Positions 40,014-49,752 are shown, counted from the first letter of the stretch. The stretch is 64,000 nucleotides of DNA from an uncultured Nitrospiraceae bacterium (GCA_963706325.1 CAVPLT010000005.1:224001-288000); one strand, 5' to 3'. The notes: generated by a model not told the origin, from the sequence alone. Made by a program: numbers and translations.

Positions 40014-40236
40014 GGCGGGTGGGGATGGCGACACTCGGAACGCTCTCAAAGCGGCTGCAGGAAGTCATTCGGCAGTGCGGTGGGCTGTCCTGCACAGGCA
40101 GGTGGTGCGTCTTGTTCGAAGCGCCGTTCGTGCTGTGCACGGAACGGCGCAAGTTGACGCGCCAAAGCTCACCGCGGTGACGAATCCTGCTGCGGCTTTG
40201 GTATTGGCGTGAAGAGTGTCGGCATCCCTGCCCGCC
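40014..40236. repeat. ~220-bp foldback element with 23-bp imperfect terminal inverted repeats
   Basis: GGCGGGTGGGGATGGCGACACTC (40014-40036) pairs 20/23 with GAGTGTCGGCATCCCTGCCCGCC (40214-40236); internal hairpin 40121-40150. Confidence 0.6.
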
Positions 40237-40239
40237 CCC

Positions 40240-40908
40240 TCACACCGGCCACTGCTCCTCGTTCCAGGCCATCTCCCAAAACATCCACTCGTATTTCGAA
40301 CTGATCAAGAACGCCTGCTCCATCCGTTTCTTTTCCTCGTGCCCCGCGGTGCGCGCCCAGGTATCGACCCTGGCGCGCATCCATTCCTGTACCGCCTCGA
40401 ATTCCGGTGACGCATACAGAAGCAGCCAGTCTCGATAGGGATGTTTGGCGGACGGAGCGCCATTCTTGAGGAAGAGTTTGCCGACGACGCAGTAGATCCA
40501 GGCGCAGGGAAGGGCGACGACGGCGATTTCCGTGGCGGTGCCGCCATGGGCGATCGCGAGCATGTGGCGGGTATAGGCATAGTTGGTAGGAGCCATCGGT
40601 TCATTGAGCATGGCCTGGGGGGAAAGTTTCCAGCGTTTGCCGTAATTTTCGTGGAGGCTGCGTTCGACTGTGATGGTCTCTTCGGCCAACCTGGCAAAGC
40701 GCAGGGCCGATTCTGAATCCGGCGCGCGCACCGCCCCGGCCGCAAACACTCGCGCAAGGTCTGCGAGAAAACGGGCATCTTGGAGAATGTAGTAGCGGAA
40801 CTTTCGCTCCGGCAGCGTGCCTTTGCCGAGGGCGAGCACGAACGGATGGGTCAACTGCGCGTCCCACACGGGCTGGGCCAATTTGCGAAGATGATTGGAA
40901 AATGACAT
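40240..40908 (-). CDS. tenA: Thiaminase II / aminopyrimidine aminohydrolase (TenA_C)
   Basis: HPFV, F.YYILQD, YT.HM, ALPCAWIY (catalytic Cys), Y..W...Y, EWMFWEMA. Confidence 0.93.
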   Translation of the reverse strand: MSFSNHLRKLAQPVWDAQLTHPFVLALGKGTLPERKFRYYILQDARFLADLARVFAAGAVRAPDSESALRFARLAEETITVERSLHENYGKRWKLSPQAMLNEPMAPTNYAYTRHMLAIAHGGTATEIAVVALPCAWIYCVVGKLFLKNGAPSAKHPYRDWLLLYASPEFEAVQEWMRARVDTWARTAGHEEKKRMEQAFLISSKYEWMFWEMAWNEEQWPV

Positions 40909-41029
40909 GCGGGTCCTCCTTCGTAGGCATAACGCGGCTCTCGTCGTTCGTGAATCGTATCACGCGAACAATACAGAGGCAGAATCATTCCTGTTGGGCT
41001 GCACGCTTCACGGACGACGCTTCCCGGCC

Positions 41030-42433
41030 TTAGGTTCTTGGTGTCCAAGGCCTGGGAAGTTGATTGATCCCATCCAGCGCGGCGACACGGTAACATTCCG
41101 CCAGCGTGGGGTAATTGAATACGGCATCCACAAAATAATCGATCAGGCCATGATAGGCCATGACGGTTTGGCCGATGTGGATGAGCTCCGTTGCGCCGTC
41201 ACCGATGGCATGGACTCCGAGCAACTCATGCGTCTTATGATGAAACAGGAGCTTTAGCATGCCGATGTCGTCGCCGATGAGTTGCCCCCTGGCGATTTCC
41301 CGGTAGCGAGCGATGCCGACGGCATAGGGGACTCCGTTTTTGGTGAGCTCGTCTTCGTTACGGCCGACCATGGAAATTTCAGGAATCGAATAGATGCCGT
41401 ATGGCATCAATTCCAATTGCGTCTGCAAAGGAATCCCAAATGCATGGCAAGCGGCGTGGCGGCCCTGCTGCATCGACGTGGAAGCCAACGCGGGAAAGCC
41501 GATAATGTCACCGGCCGCATAGATGTGTGGAACTGCGGTTTGATAGTGCTCATTCACCTGAAGCCGTCCGCGCGAGTCAACGGCCAGCCCTACCGCCTCC
41601 AGATTGAGTCGGGCGCTTGCGCCGATTCGTCCGACTGAATAGAGCACGGTCGTGGCGGCGATCTCCTTGCCGCTCTTCAGCCCGACAACCACCTGTTCGG
41701 CGGGATGCGCCTCGATCGATACGACCTCTTCATTCAAGCGCAATGTGACGCCGATGCTGCGCATCTGGTACTGCAGCGCCTCGATGAGTTCTGTGTCCAC
41801 AAATTCCAAGAGGCGGGGCCGCCGCTCAATGAGAGTGACAGGAATACCCATCATGGCCAGGATCGAGGCATATTCCGTTCCGATCACGCCGCCGCCGATG
41901 ATGGTGATGGACTTGGGGAGCTGCTTCAACGTGAGGAGGCCGTCGGTATCGATGATGGTTTCGTCGTCGAATGGAATATGAGCCGGTCTGGCGGGGAGCG
42001 TCCCACAGGCGATGACAATGAAGTCGGCGGTATGTTCGCTGCGGTCTCGCGGGCTTTCAATGCTGAGGCAATGGGCATCCACGAATGCGGCGGTGCCCAC
42101 AAACATTTCGACATTGTTCCGAGCCATCTGGTTGTGGATGATTTCGATTTCACGTTTGATGACGTAATTGGAGCGGAAGGTCAGGTCTTCCATCGTGACG
42201 TCTTGTTTCACGCGGTAACTCGCGCCATACAGACCACGTTGGTGGAATCCCGAGAGATAGAGAACGGCTTCGCGAAGGGATTTGCTGGGGATCGTGCCGG
42301 TATTCGTGCAGACGCCGCCGACGACCAGCTTGCGTTCGATGATGCCGACCTTCTTGCCCAGTTTAGCCGCCTGAATGGCGGCTTTCTGGCCTGCCGGGCC
42401 GGTGCCGATGACTAGGAGATCATAGTGCGCCAT
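41030..42433 (-). CDS. sthA: Soluble pyridine nucleotide transhydrogenase
   Basis: GTGPAGQKAA, GGVCTNTGTIPSKSLRE (single Cys), GGGVIGTEYA, GFPALASTSM.QGR, VFNYPTLAE. Confidence 0.93.
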   Translation of the reverse strand: MAHYDLLVIGTGPAGQKAAIQAAKLGKKVGIIERKLVVGGVCTNTGTIPSKSLREAVLYLSGFHQRGLYGASYRVKQDVTMEDLTFRSNYVIKREIEIIHNQMARNNVEMFVGTAAFVDAHCLSIESPRDRSEHTADFIVIACGTLPARPAHIPFDDETIIDTDGLLTLKQLPKSITIIGGGVIGTEYASILAMMGIPVTLIERRPRLLEFVDTELIEALQYQMRSIGVTLRLNEEVVSIEAHPAEQVVVGLKSGKEIAATTVLYSVGRIGASARLNLEAVGLAVDSRGRLQVNEHYQTAVPHIYAAGDIIGFPALASTSMQQGRHAACHAFGIPLQTQLELMPYGIYSIPEISMVGRNEDELTKNGVPYAVGIARYREIARGQLIGDDIGMLKLLFHHKTHELLGVHAIGDGATELIHIGQTVMAYHGLIDYFVDAVFNYPTLAECYRVAALDGINQLPRPWTPRT

Positions 42434-42446
42434 GACACTTCTCTTG

Positions 42447-42635
42447 CAGGATGGTGAACAGGGCTGCGGCTATCGTGTTCGTGGCACTGCAAGTGTCGAC
42501 GGACCTGCACTCAGCCGCCTCATCTCTCAGGCACGGCCGGCTCATCATCTTACCGGCGTCCACCTACGTGACGCTCATGAGGCTTCGCGCCATGAACCTC
42601 ACTGCGGCCTGGCCACCAGCCGTATGACCAGCTTG
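42447..42635. repeat. Degenerate relative of the 63622-63742 MITE-like element
   Basis: Starts CAGGATGGTGAA..., ends ...CTGCGGCCTGG...TGACCAGCTTG; both ends resemble the 63622 element. Confidence 0.4.
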
Positions 42636-42670
42636 CCGATTAACGCCAGGTATGGACCGTCGATGCTGTC

Positions 42671-43339
42671 TCAGCTGGCGGTGATGAGCGAATGTGCAAA
42701 TCGAAAGGCCTCATCCAGGTCGGGAAGTTGCGCGAGCTCCGGCGTGATTTGGAGATAGCGGACTTTGTTGTGCTTATCCACCACCATCACGGCGCGGCTC
42801 AAGAAATGAGGATCCTTGAGCAATAGGCCGTGGGCTTTGCCGAAATCGGCGGCGCGGAAGTCGGACAAGAACGTCACATTCGCGATCTTCGCCTCTTCCG
42901 CGAAGCGTTTTTGCGCGAAGGGCGTGTCGATGCTAATGGTGATAAGTTCTACCATCCGATCAAGGCCCTTGTTCTTTTCACTCAGATAGTGGGTTTGTTG
43001 CTCGCAGACCTTCGTATCGAGCGAAGGGACGATACTGATGATGCGCACCTTTCCTTTACCCTTGGTCTCGTTGATGTTGACCATCGAGAGGTCCGTTTGG
43101 ACCAGTTTCACATCTCGCAGGTTGTCGCCGACCTTGATGCCCATGCCAGAGAGCGCCATAGGCTTGCCTTGAAAGAGGATGTTATTGCCTTCGCCAGCCA
43201 CGGCGCTGCCGTTGGCCACCGCGAGATTTTTGTACGCAAAATCAGGTGTGCCTGCGCTGGGCAATGCCCCGCAGCCGGAAAGGGCTAGGCAGCAAATCAG
43301 TACGTAAGAGGCCAGACAATGGAATGGCGTCGGTCGCAT
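42671..43339 (-). CDS. tpx: Thiol peroxidase (Tpx-type peroxiredoxin), lipoprotein
   Basis: PSLDTKVC (peroxidatic Cys), D.PFAQ.RF, LSDFR, SRAV; lipobox LSGC. Confidence 0.88.
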   Translation of the reverse strand: MRPTPFHCLASYVLICCLALSGCGALPSAGTPDFAYKNLAVANGSAVAGEGNNILFQGKPMALSGMGIKVGDNLRDVKLVQTDLSMVNINETKGKGKVRIISIVPSLDTKVCEQQTHYLSEKNKGLDRMVELITISIDTPFAQKRFAEEAKIANVTFLSDFRAADFGKAHGLLLKDPHFLSRAVMVVDKHNKVRYLQITPELAQLPDLDEAFRFAHSLITAS

Positions 43340-43412
43340 AGGAAATCTCCATCAATAAATAAACGGCGTCGAAACCTGTCTAGGCCACTGTATGGATGCG
43401 TTTGACGGTCTG

Positions 43413-44375
43413 TCAAGGTTGCATGAAGTCGATAAGGTGCCGATTGACGATCTGCGGTTGTTCCCATTGTGGAATATGGCCGGAGGCGCGGACGATCTTC
43501 AGTGTGGAGTGGGGGATGGCAGCTTGCAGTTCGCGACCAACCTGTGGGGGAAAGAGCCGATCGTGTTCACCCCAGAGAATCAGCGTGGAGTGGCGGATTT
43601 CGTGAAGCCTGGTCGCAAAGTGTTGTTCCCATAAAGGCAGACTGTCTCTGATCGACAGCAGCGGCGCGATGAGGTTTGCTCGTTGTCGATTTCGGTTGGA
43701 GCGATCGAGGACGGCGGGCGTCAGTAAGCGATGGTCGAACACAATCTCCTTGAGTACTGCATCTGTGCCCGTGTTCGGGAACAGCCAGTTGCCGAGACGC
43801 GCCAGCCATACCGGCATGCGCGTATTCACCGCGCGTTGCATCAGCGGGCTGGCCAAACGTTCGCGCACATGGTCAGGCAAGCCGTCGATCAACACCAGTC
43901 GGTCGACTCGCTGAGGATGGGTCAGCGCCATGCCGATCGCCACGCCCGCCCCCATGGAATTGCCGATCAGTGTGGCCGTGGTGAGGCTCAGCTCGTCCAT
44001 GAGCCCACGGATTGACTCGATGAGCTCTTCGGGCCGATAGTCGAGGTCCGGTTTATCCGAGAGGCCGGATCCGATCAAATCCGGCGTAATGACACGGAAG
44101 TGGGCGGACAAGGGAAGCTGCTGATATTCCCATTGCCACATGGATCCGCCGTAGCCGTGGATCAGGATAAGCGGTGGGCCCTGGCCCTCGTCGAGATAGG
44201 CGATGCGATGACCATTGACTGATGCGGTCTTGATAGGTAACCGCTGGATGCCGTCGAACCAGGGAGGCATGTCTGAAGTTCCCGCGCACCCGCTCATAAG
44301 GACCACCGCGATCCAGACCGCTGCTAGAGTGGCCGACGCGAGCGTTGCCAGCCGGGTGAGCCACGCCGGACGCAT
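43413..44375 (-). CDS. Alpha/beta hydrolase, probable lipoprotein
   Basis: MSGC lipobox; LIHGYGGS, DLIGSGLS, GNSMG, WGEHD, GHIPQWE. Confidence 0.88.
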   Translation of the reverse strand: MRPAWLTRLATLASATLAAVWIAVVLMSGCAGTSDMPPWFDGIQRLPIKTASVNGHRIAYLDEGQGPPLILIHGYGGSMWQWEYQQLPLSAHFRVITPDLIGSGLSDKPDLDYRPEELIESIRGLMDELSLTTATLIGNSMGAGVAIGMALTHPQRVDRLVLIDGLPDHVRERLASPLMQRAVNTRMPVWLARLGNWLFPNTGTDAVLKEIVFDHRLLTPAVLDRSNRNRQRANLIAPLLSIRDSLPLWEQHFATRLHEIRHSTLILWGEHDRLFPPQVGRELQAAIPHSTLKIVRASGHIPQWEQPQIVNRHLIDFMQP

Positions 44376-44381
44376 GATCGG

Positions 44382-46367
44382 CTACTCCAATTGCAGGACG
44401 GTTTCGTCGATCTTGACGTTGTCTCCTTCAGCGACCAGGATGGCCGTCACCCGCCCATCCATCGGCGCCGGGACTTGGCTTTCCATCTTCATCGCTTCGA
44501 TGATCAACAGCGGATCGCCGGTTTTCACCTCGGCTCCCTCTGCCACCAACACCTTCACGACGCGGCCTGGCATGGGGGGGGCGACGTCGCCCGGCTTGGT
44601 CGGCTTGGGGCGCTTCGGCTTGGCCTTGCTGCCGCTCGTGGGTGCTTCGGGCACACCGGCAAGCACCTCCTGCAAAGGTTCCAGGGAGACTTCCTGCAAG
44701 CGGTCGTTGACGCGGATGTAGTACGGCTTGCGACCATCGGTGGTGCGGCCCGAACCCGACACCACGACGTGGTACGTTTCGCCGTGCACGGTGATATTGA
44801 ACTCTGCCGGGGCGAGGTGAAGGTCGTGTGCCACGGCTGGACCTTTGGTTTCCGCCGGCTCAAGCGGTTCAGGCTGAAGCTCGCCGCGCTCGCGCGCTTC
44901 AAAAAAGTCCCTCGCGATGGCCGGAAACAGCGCAAACGACAATTGATCTTCTATGGTGGTCGCCGTGGCGGGCATATCCTTCTTGAGCTTCTCAAATTCC
45001 GGCTCCAGCCGGTCCGCAGGCCGTCCCTTGACTGGTTCTTCATCGCCGATCGCCCGCGCCATCACAGCCATGTCGAGCGCGCCTGGCGCACGGCCGTACA
45101 GCCCCAGGAAATAGTTCTTCGTCTCAGTGGTAATCACCTTGTAGCGCTCGCCCTGTTCCCCGGTTAGCACGTTCAGCGTCGCCTGCGTGCCGACGATCTG
45201 GCTGGTCGGTGTGACCAATGGGGGGTAACCCATTTCTTTACGGACCCGAGGCACTTCATCGAGCACTTCCTTCATGCGATCGATCGCATCCTGTTCAGCC
45301 AGTTGCGCGGCCAGATTCGACAACATGCCGCCGGGAATTTGCGAGGTGAGGATTTCCGCGTCCACCCCGGTGAAGTCGCTTTCAAACTGACGGTACTTTC
45401 GGCGCACGTTGCGGAAGTGTTCAGTGACCGGTTCGAACTGCCGCAGATCCAAGCCCGTATCGTATGGCGTATTGCGCAGGCTGGCGATCATGGTCTCGGT
45501 CGGTGGATGCGAAGTCCCACCCGCCAGTGGAGACACGGAGGTATCCAGCATGTCCAATCCCCCCAGGATCGCCATAAGGGAGGACATTGAGGCCATCCCA
45601 GAGGTGTAGTGGCTATGGAGATGGATAGGGACCTGTACGGCTTTTTTGAGCCGGCGGATCAGATGATAGGCATCAAGCGGGGCGAGCAAGCCGGCCATGT
45701 CTTTGATGCAGAGCGTATCGGTGCCCAGATCTTCCAATTGCTTCGCCATCGATACGAACCGGTCGAGGCTGTGGACGGGACTCACGGTGTAGCAAATCGT
45801 CGCTTCAACGTGTTTGCCGCAGGCCTTCACCTCACGGATGGCCCGGTCGAGGTTGCGGACATCGTTCAGCGCATCAAAAATACGGAAGACGTCGATTCCA
45901 TTCGCCGCTGACCGTTCAATGAACTTGTCGAGGACGTCATCGGCGTAATGCCGGTATCCCACGAGGTTTTGGCCGCGGAGCAGCATCTGTAACTTGGTGT
46001 TGGGCATCGCCTCACGAAGGGCGCGCAGACGTTCCCAGGGATCTTCCTTGAGAAACCGCAGGCAGGTATCGAAGGTCGCTCCGCCCCAGACTTCCAACGA
46101 CCAATACCCGATCGCATCCAGCTTCTGGGCGATCGGGAGCATGTCTTCCGTCCGCATCCGCGTAGCCAGCAGCGACTGGTGCCCATCGCGAAAGGCCACG
46201 TCGGTCAGTAAAAGTTTCTTTCCCGGCGCCGGCTCCAACGCAAGCTCAGGCCTCGCCGGTTGCACGTTTCTGACGCTGCGTGTAGCAGCCGTCCGAGCGG
46301 GTTTGGCGGACGGTTTCTTCGTGACGCGTGTTGAAGAGACGGCTTTCTTGGTCTTTTTCGTTGCCAT
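44382..46367 (-). CDS. pycB: Pyruvate (or 2-oxoglutarate) carboxylase carboxyltransferase/biotin-carrier subunit
   Basis: RDGHQSL.ATRM, WGGATFD, MLLRGQN, IKDMAG, HSH, PGGM, VTPTSQ, EAMKM biotin site. Confidence 0.88.
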   Translation of the reverse strand: MATKKTKKAVSSTRVTKKPSAKPARTAATRSVRNVQPARPELALEPAPGKKLLLTDVAFRDGHQSLLATRMRTEDMLPIAQKLDAIGYWSLEVWGGATFDTCLRFLKEDPWERLRALREAMPNTKLQMLLRGQNLVGYRHYADDVLDKFIERSAANGIDVFRIFDALNDVRNLDRAIREVKACGKHVEATICYTVSPVHSLDRFVSMAKQLEDLGTDTLCIKDMAGLLAPLDAYHLIRRLKKAVQVPIHLHSHYTSGMASMSSLMAILGGLDMLDTSVSPLAGGTSHPPTETMIASLRNTPYDTGLDLRQFEPVTEHFRNVRRKYRQFESDFTGVDAEILTSQIPGGMLSNLAAQLAEQDAIDRMKEVLDEVPRVRKEMGYPPLVTPTSQIVGTQATLNVLTGEQGERYKVITTETKNYFLGLYGRAPGALDMAVMARAIGDEEPVKGRPADRLEPEFEKLKKDMPATATTIEDQLSFALFPAIARDFFEARERGELQPEPLEPAETKGPAVAHDLHLAPAEFNITVHGETYHVVVSGSGRTTDGRKPYYIRVNDRLQEVSLEPLQEVLAGVPEAPTSGSKAKPKRPKPTKPGDVAPPMPGRVVKVLVAEGAEVKTGDPLLIIEAMKMESQVPAPMDGRVTAILVAEGDNVKIDETVLQLE

Positions 46368-46437
46368 ACTGGCGGCCTTGGGCGGCGGATCCGCATATGT
46401 GACAGGGTTAAGGTGTTGCTGCCTTGTGGCGGGGAGG

Positions 46438-47856
46438 TCAGAGTCCTTCGTAGGCGGCGATTGCTGCGGAAATCGCCAACACCAAGTCCTCGGGCTCCTC
46501 GGATTCTTCGTACTGATACAGATCCGGATGGGTGTCCAGGTAGGAGGTATCGAACCGTCCGGCCTGAAAATCCTGTTCCATCATTATGTTCATCATGAAC
46601 GGGATCGTCGTCTTGACTCCACGCAGAACATATTCTTCAAGCGAGCGCCGCATGCGGCTGACCGCCTCCTCCCACGTGCGTCCGCGGACGGTGAGTTTCG
46701 CCAGCAGCGCATCATAATAGGGGGGAATCGTGTAGTCGCGATAGACGGCTCCGTCAATGCGGACCCCGATGCCGCCGGGTGAAAGGTATGCTGTGATGGT
46801 GCCGGTGCAGGGCATGAAGTTGTTGCGCGGGTCTTCGGCGTTGATGCGGCACTGAATCGCATGGCCCTGCAGCGTCACATCCTTTTGGCGAATCTCCAAG
46901 GGCTTGCCTGCTGCGATCGAGATTTGATTTCGTACGATGTCGATGGCCGTGATTTGCTCCGTAACCGTATGTTCGACCTGCAGTCGCGGGTTCATTTCCA
47001 TGAAGTAGAAATGCCCCTCGTGGTCGAGGAGGAACTCGACCGTGCCGGCATTGTCGTAGTGCACCGCTTTGGCAATGGCGATGGCGGCCTCGCCCATCTG
47101 TGCGCGAAGTTTCGTCGTGAGGATCAGCGAGGGGGCAATTTCGATCAGTTTCTGATGGCGGCGCTGGATGGAGCAATCCCGCTCCCCCAGATGGATGATA
47201 TTGCCGTGTTTATCGCCCAGGATTTGAAATTCAATATGGTGCGGCCGTTCGATATATTTCTCGATGAAAATGCTGCCGTCGCCGAAGGCCGCCTGTGCTT
47301 CGCGCGAGGCAACTGCCATATTCTCACGCAGCTCCTGGTCGGACCGGACGACCCGCAGGCCGCGACCCCCGCCGCCGGCGCTGGCCTTGATCATAACCGG
47401 GTAGTTGATACGATGGACGAATGCCAGGGCCTCTTCGAGGCTGGTCACTCCACCTTCGGTGCCTGGCACGATTGGGACGCCCGCCTGTTGCGCAATCTCC
47501 CGCGCCTTGACCTTGCTGCCCATCAGATCAATTGTCTCGGGAGACGGACCAATGAAGGTAATGCCGGACGTTTGGCAGAGGCGGGCGAAATTTGCGTTTT
47601 CTGAGAGGAACCCGTATCCCGGATGGATTGCATCAGCGCCAATGCGCTTCGCGATCTCCACGATCTGTTTCCCGTCCAAGAAACCCTTGACGGGTCCGGG
47701 ACCTACCAGGTAGGACTCGTCGGCTTTTTTGACGTAGATGCCGGAAGAATCGGCTTCGGAATAGATCGCCGCCGTCGCGATATTGAGCTCGCGACAGCCA
47801 CGGATGATGCGCATGGCGATTTCGCCACGGTTGGCAACCAGAATCTTCCGAAACAT
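46438..47856 (-). CDS. pycA: Biotin carboxylase subunit of the heterodimeric carboxylase
   Basis: ANRGEIA, HPGYGFLSEN, GGGGRG, RDCSIQRRHQK, EMNPRLQVEH, CRINAED. Confidence 0.88.
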   Translation of the reverse strand: MFRKILVANRGEIAMRIIRGCRELNIATAAIYSEADSSGIYVKKADESYLVGPGPVKGFLDGKQIVEIAKRIGADAIHPGYGFLSENANFARLCQTSGITFIGPSPETIDLMGSKVKAREIAQQAGVPIVPGTEGGVTSLEEALAFVHRINYPVMIKASAGGGGRGLRVVRSDQELRENMAVASREAQAAFGDGSIFIEKYIERPHHIEFQILGDKHGNIIHLGERDCSIQRRHQKLIEIAPSLILTTKLRAQMGEAAIAIAKAVHYDNAGTVEFLLDHEGHFYFMEMNPRLQVEHTVTEQITAIDIVRNQISIAAGKPLEIRQKDVTLQGHAIQCRINAEDPRNNFMPCTGTITAYLSPGGIGVRIDGAVYRDYTIPPYYDALLAKLTVRGRTWEEAVSRMRRSLEEYVLRGVKTTIPFMMNIMMEQDFQAGRFDTSYLDTHPDLYQYEESEEPEDLVLAISAAIAAYEGL

Positions 47857-48032
47857 GATGGGATTGCGAGAGGATTGGAGCCGCAGCTCACCTCTGGTTC
47901 GCCTCCAAAAAAGATCGCGTAACCTAGCATAGGGTCAAGAGAGTTGTCGAGACGAACGAGGACGACAGACCGAGTGCGGGTGGGTGCGCGAGGCAGGGCG
48001 GGAAGTGGTAAACCTCCTGCCCCTTGGAGGTT

Positions 48033-48482
48033 TTACTTGGTTTGGATGAGCACCGGCTTGGATTGGGCGCTGCCGCCACCGGCCACCACGATAATAAAGG
48101 ACATGCCGGCCTTCGCCTCCGGCACCACCGCTTCGATGGTAGTGTCATTCAGAAATTGATAGTCGACCTTTTCTTTGGAGGCGGCGCTAAAGGTCACGCC
48201 ATGGAAGCACTCCTTGCTCCCGAAATTTTCACCTTTGATTGTCACCTTCTCGCCGGGTTTAGCTTCATCTGGCTCAACCTTGGCGATGGAAGGGCGCTTC
48301 GAGCGGTCGCAGACCGGATCTTTCTCGAGTTTGGACGCGTCCGATCCCTTAATGGATTCGGTGTCGAACAGGGTAAATCCCGCCCCTTCCACCATCGCTC
48401 CTTCTTGAGCATGGCTGGTGTGGACGGTCACGAACGGAAAACACAGGATGAGGGCGATGACGGGGATGATCGTAGTACGCAT
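48033..48482 (-). CDS. Exported IPT/TIG-domain protein
   Basis: Signal peptide; PSIAKVEP..AKPGEKVTIKGENFG...NDTTIEAVVP. Confidence 0.8.
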   Translation of the reverse strand: MRTTIIPVIALILCFPFVTVHTSHAQEGAMVEGAGFTLFDTESIKGSDASKLEKDPVCDRSKRPSIAKVEPDEAKPGEKVTIKGENFGSKECFHGVTFSAASKEKVDYQFLNDTTIEAVVPEAKAGMSFIIVVAGGGSAQSKPVLIQTK

Positions 48483-48493
48483 GAATGCCTCCT

Positions 48494-49318
48494 TTATGGA
48501 GATGATGTCTTTGGGAGCGGCGTATAGAATTCACTGATGATTTTCTGTCCGTCATCCGAGAGCGCAAATTGCTCGAATGCTTCGACGAGCGGATCAGGCT
48601 CGCTCTTGGAGAGCAGCAAGACCGGGCGTCGTAGCGAGTAGCGGCCATCCTTGACGGTGGGTGTTTCCGGTTCCACCTTATCCACCGGTAGCAGACGAAC
48701 GGGCACCCCTGAAGCGACGGCCTCCAAGGCTTGACCGAGCGAGACATAGGCAACCGCCGAGTGAGGCGGTAGTGTGCCGGCGATTGTTTTGATGACTTTT
48801 TCGTCCTTCGCAATGATTTTAGTGCCGTCAGGAATCTTGCCGACAATATGAAGCTGTTGCTCAAAAGCATCGCGGTTATTTTCGTTGCGGGGTCGGTCGA
48901 TGAGGAGGACTTTCGTATCCGGCCCACCCAAATCGGCCCACATCTTGAATTTTCCAGAAAACAGCTCGGCGACCTCTTGCTTGGTGACTTCCTTCGTGAA
49001 GTTGGATCTGTGCACCATGATGGTAATGCCGTCCCAAGCAATTTGAAGGGATCGAAGCCCGGTATTCGCGGTTCCGGTGACGGCAATCCTAGCCTGGTTG
49101 GCCTTGACCATTTCGATGGGTTTGGACTTGTCGTCGAATATGACGTCGAGATAGGTGCGGGGATTTGATTTTTCGAAGGCGTGGGCCAGTGATTCCATCA
49201 TGCGTTGTTCGGGGCCATGACCGGCGATGATGAGTGATCCTGCCACCTCGGCTGGAGCCGGCAGTGCGGTGAGATAGAAGAGGGCGGCACAGACAAATCC
49301 GCTGATACGGGTGTGCAT
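48494..49318 (-). CDS. PstS-like periplasmic substrate-binding protein
   Basis: IAWDGITIMVH, LFSGK..MWADLGG.D..V..IDR, GRYSLRRPV, F.LSDDGQKII. Confidence 0.8.
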   Translation of the reverse strand: MHTRISGFVCAALFYLTALPAPAEVAGSLIIAGHGPEQRMMESLAHAFEKSNPRTYLDVIFDDKSKPIEMVKANQARIAVTGTANTGLRSLQIAWDGITIMVHRSNFTKEVTKQEVAELFSGKFKMWADLGGPDTKVLLIDRPRNENNRDAFEQQLHIVGKIPDGTKIIAKDEKVIKTIAGTLPPHSAVAYVSLGQALEAVASGVPVRLLPVDKVEPETPTVKDGRYSLRRPVLLLSKSEPDPLVEAFEQFALSDDGQKIISEFYTPLPKTSSP

Positions 49319-49419
49319 ACTGAACGTTTCTTCCTATCATTCGGTGAGCCGATGCGCTGCCCTGCCAGACGGTATGAGAAGCTGGGCGAAACAGGTAGCC
49401 GGCCCCTGTGAGTTCTATT

Positions 49420-49752
49420 TCAAGAGCCGTTACCCTCGGTTGAGGTGGGGCTGCCGTTGCCTGACATCATATCCCCTGACATCATATCCGAAGTGACATC
49501 CACCCGTTTGCCCATGGCGGGGGGAAGTTTAGAGAACCGATCCATCCGCTCATGCAGCATGTTGTAGGCCTGCATTTCCTTGAAGCCGGTCTTATGCGTT
49601 CCCTTGACCTGGGAGGCAAATGCGGAGAGCACCCTCGTGGCGCCAATTCCTTTGCAGTGCGGACAGGCGGTATCTTCAGGCCTCGCGTGGATGGATTGGG
49701 TGGCCTCAAACTGGTGCGTGCATTGTTCGCAACGATATTCGTAGACCGGCAT
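49420..49752 (-). CDS. FmdB-family zinc-ribbon protein
   Basis: MPVYEYRCEQC..FE...CPHC...RVLS; AAGGAG RBS. Confidence 0.88.
   Translation of the reverse strand: MPVYEYRCEQCTHQFEATQSIHARPEDTACPHCKGIGATRVLSAFASQVKGTHKTGFKEMQAYNMLHERMDRFSKLPPAMGKRVDVTSDMMSGDMMSGNGSPTSTEGNGS
49460..49489. repeat. Perfect 15-bp tandem duplication
   Basis: CCTGACATCATATCC x2, encoding DMMSG-DMMSG. Confidence 0.9.

Noticed and set aside
40909..41029. TPP riboswitch upstream of tenA (or thiD)
   Set aside because: No CTGAGA / CCTGA...AGCG-GG THI-box motifs on the coding strand; the thiD upstream gap is only ~37 nt
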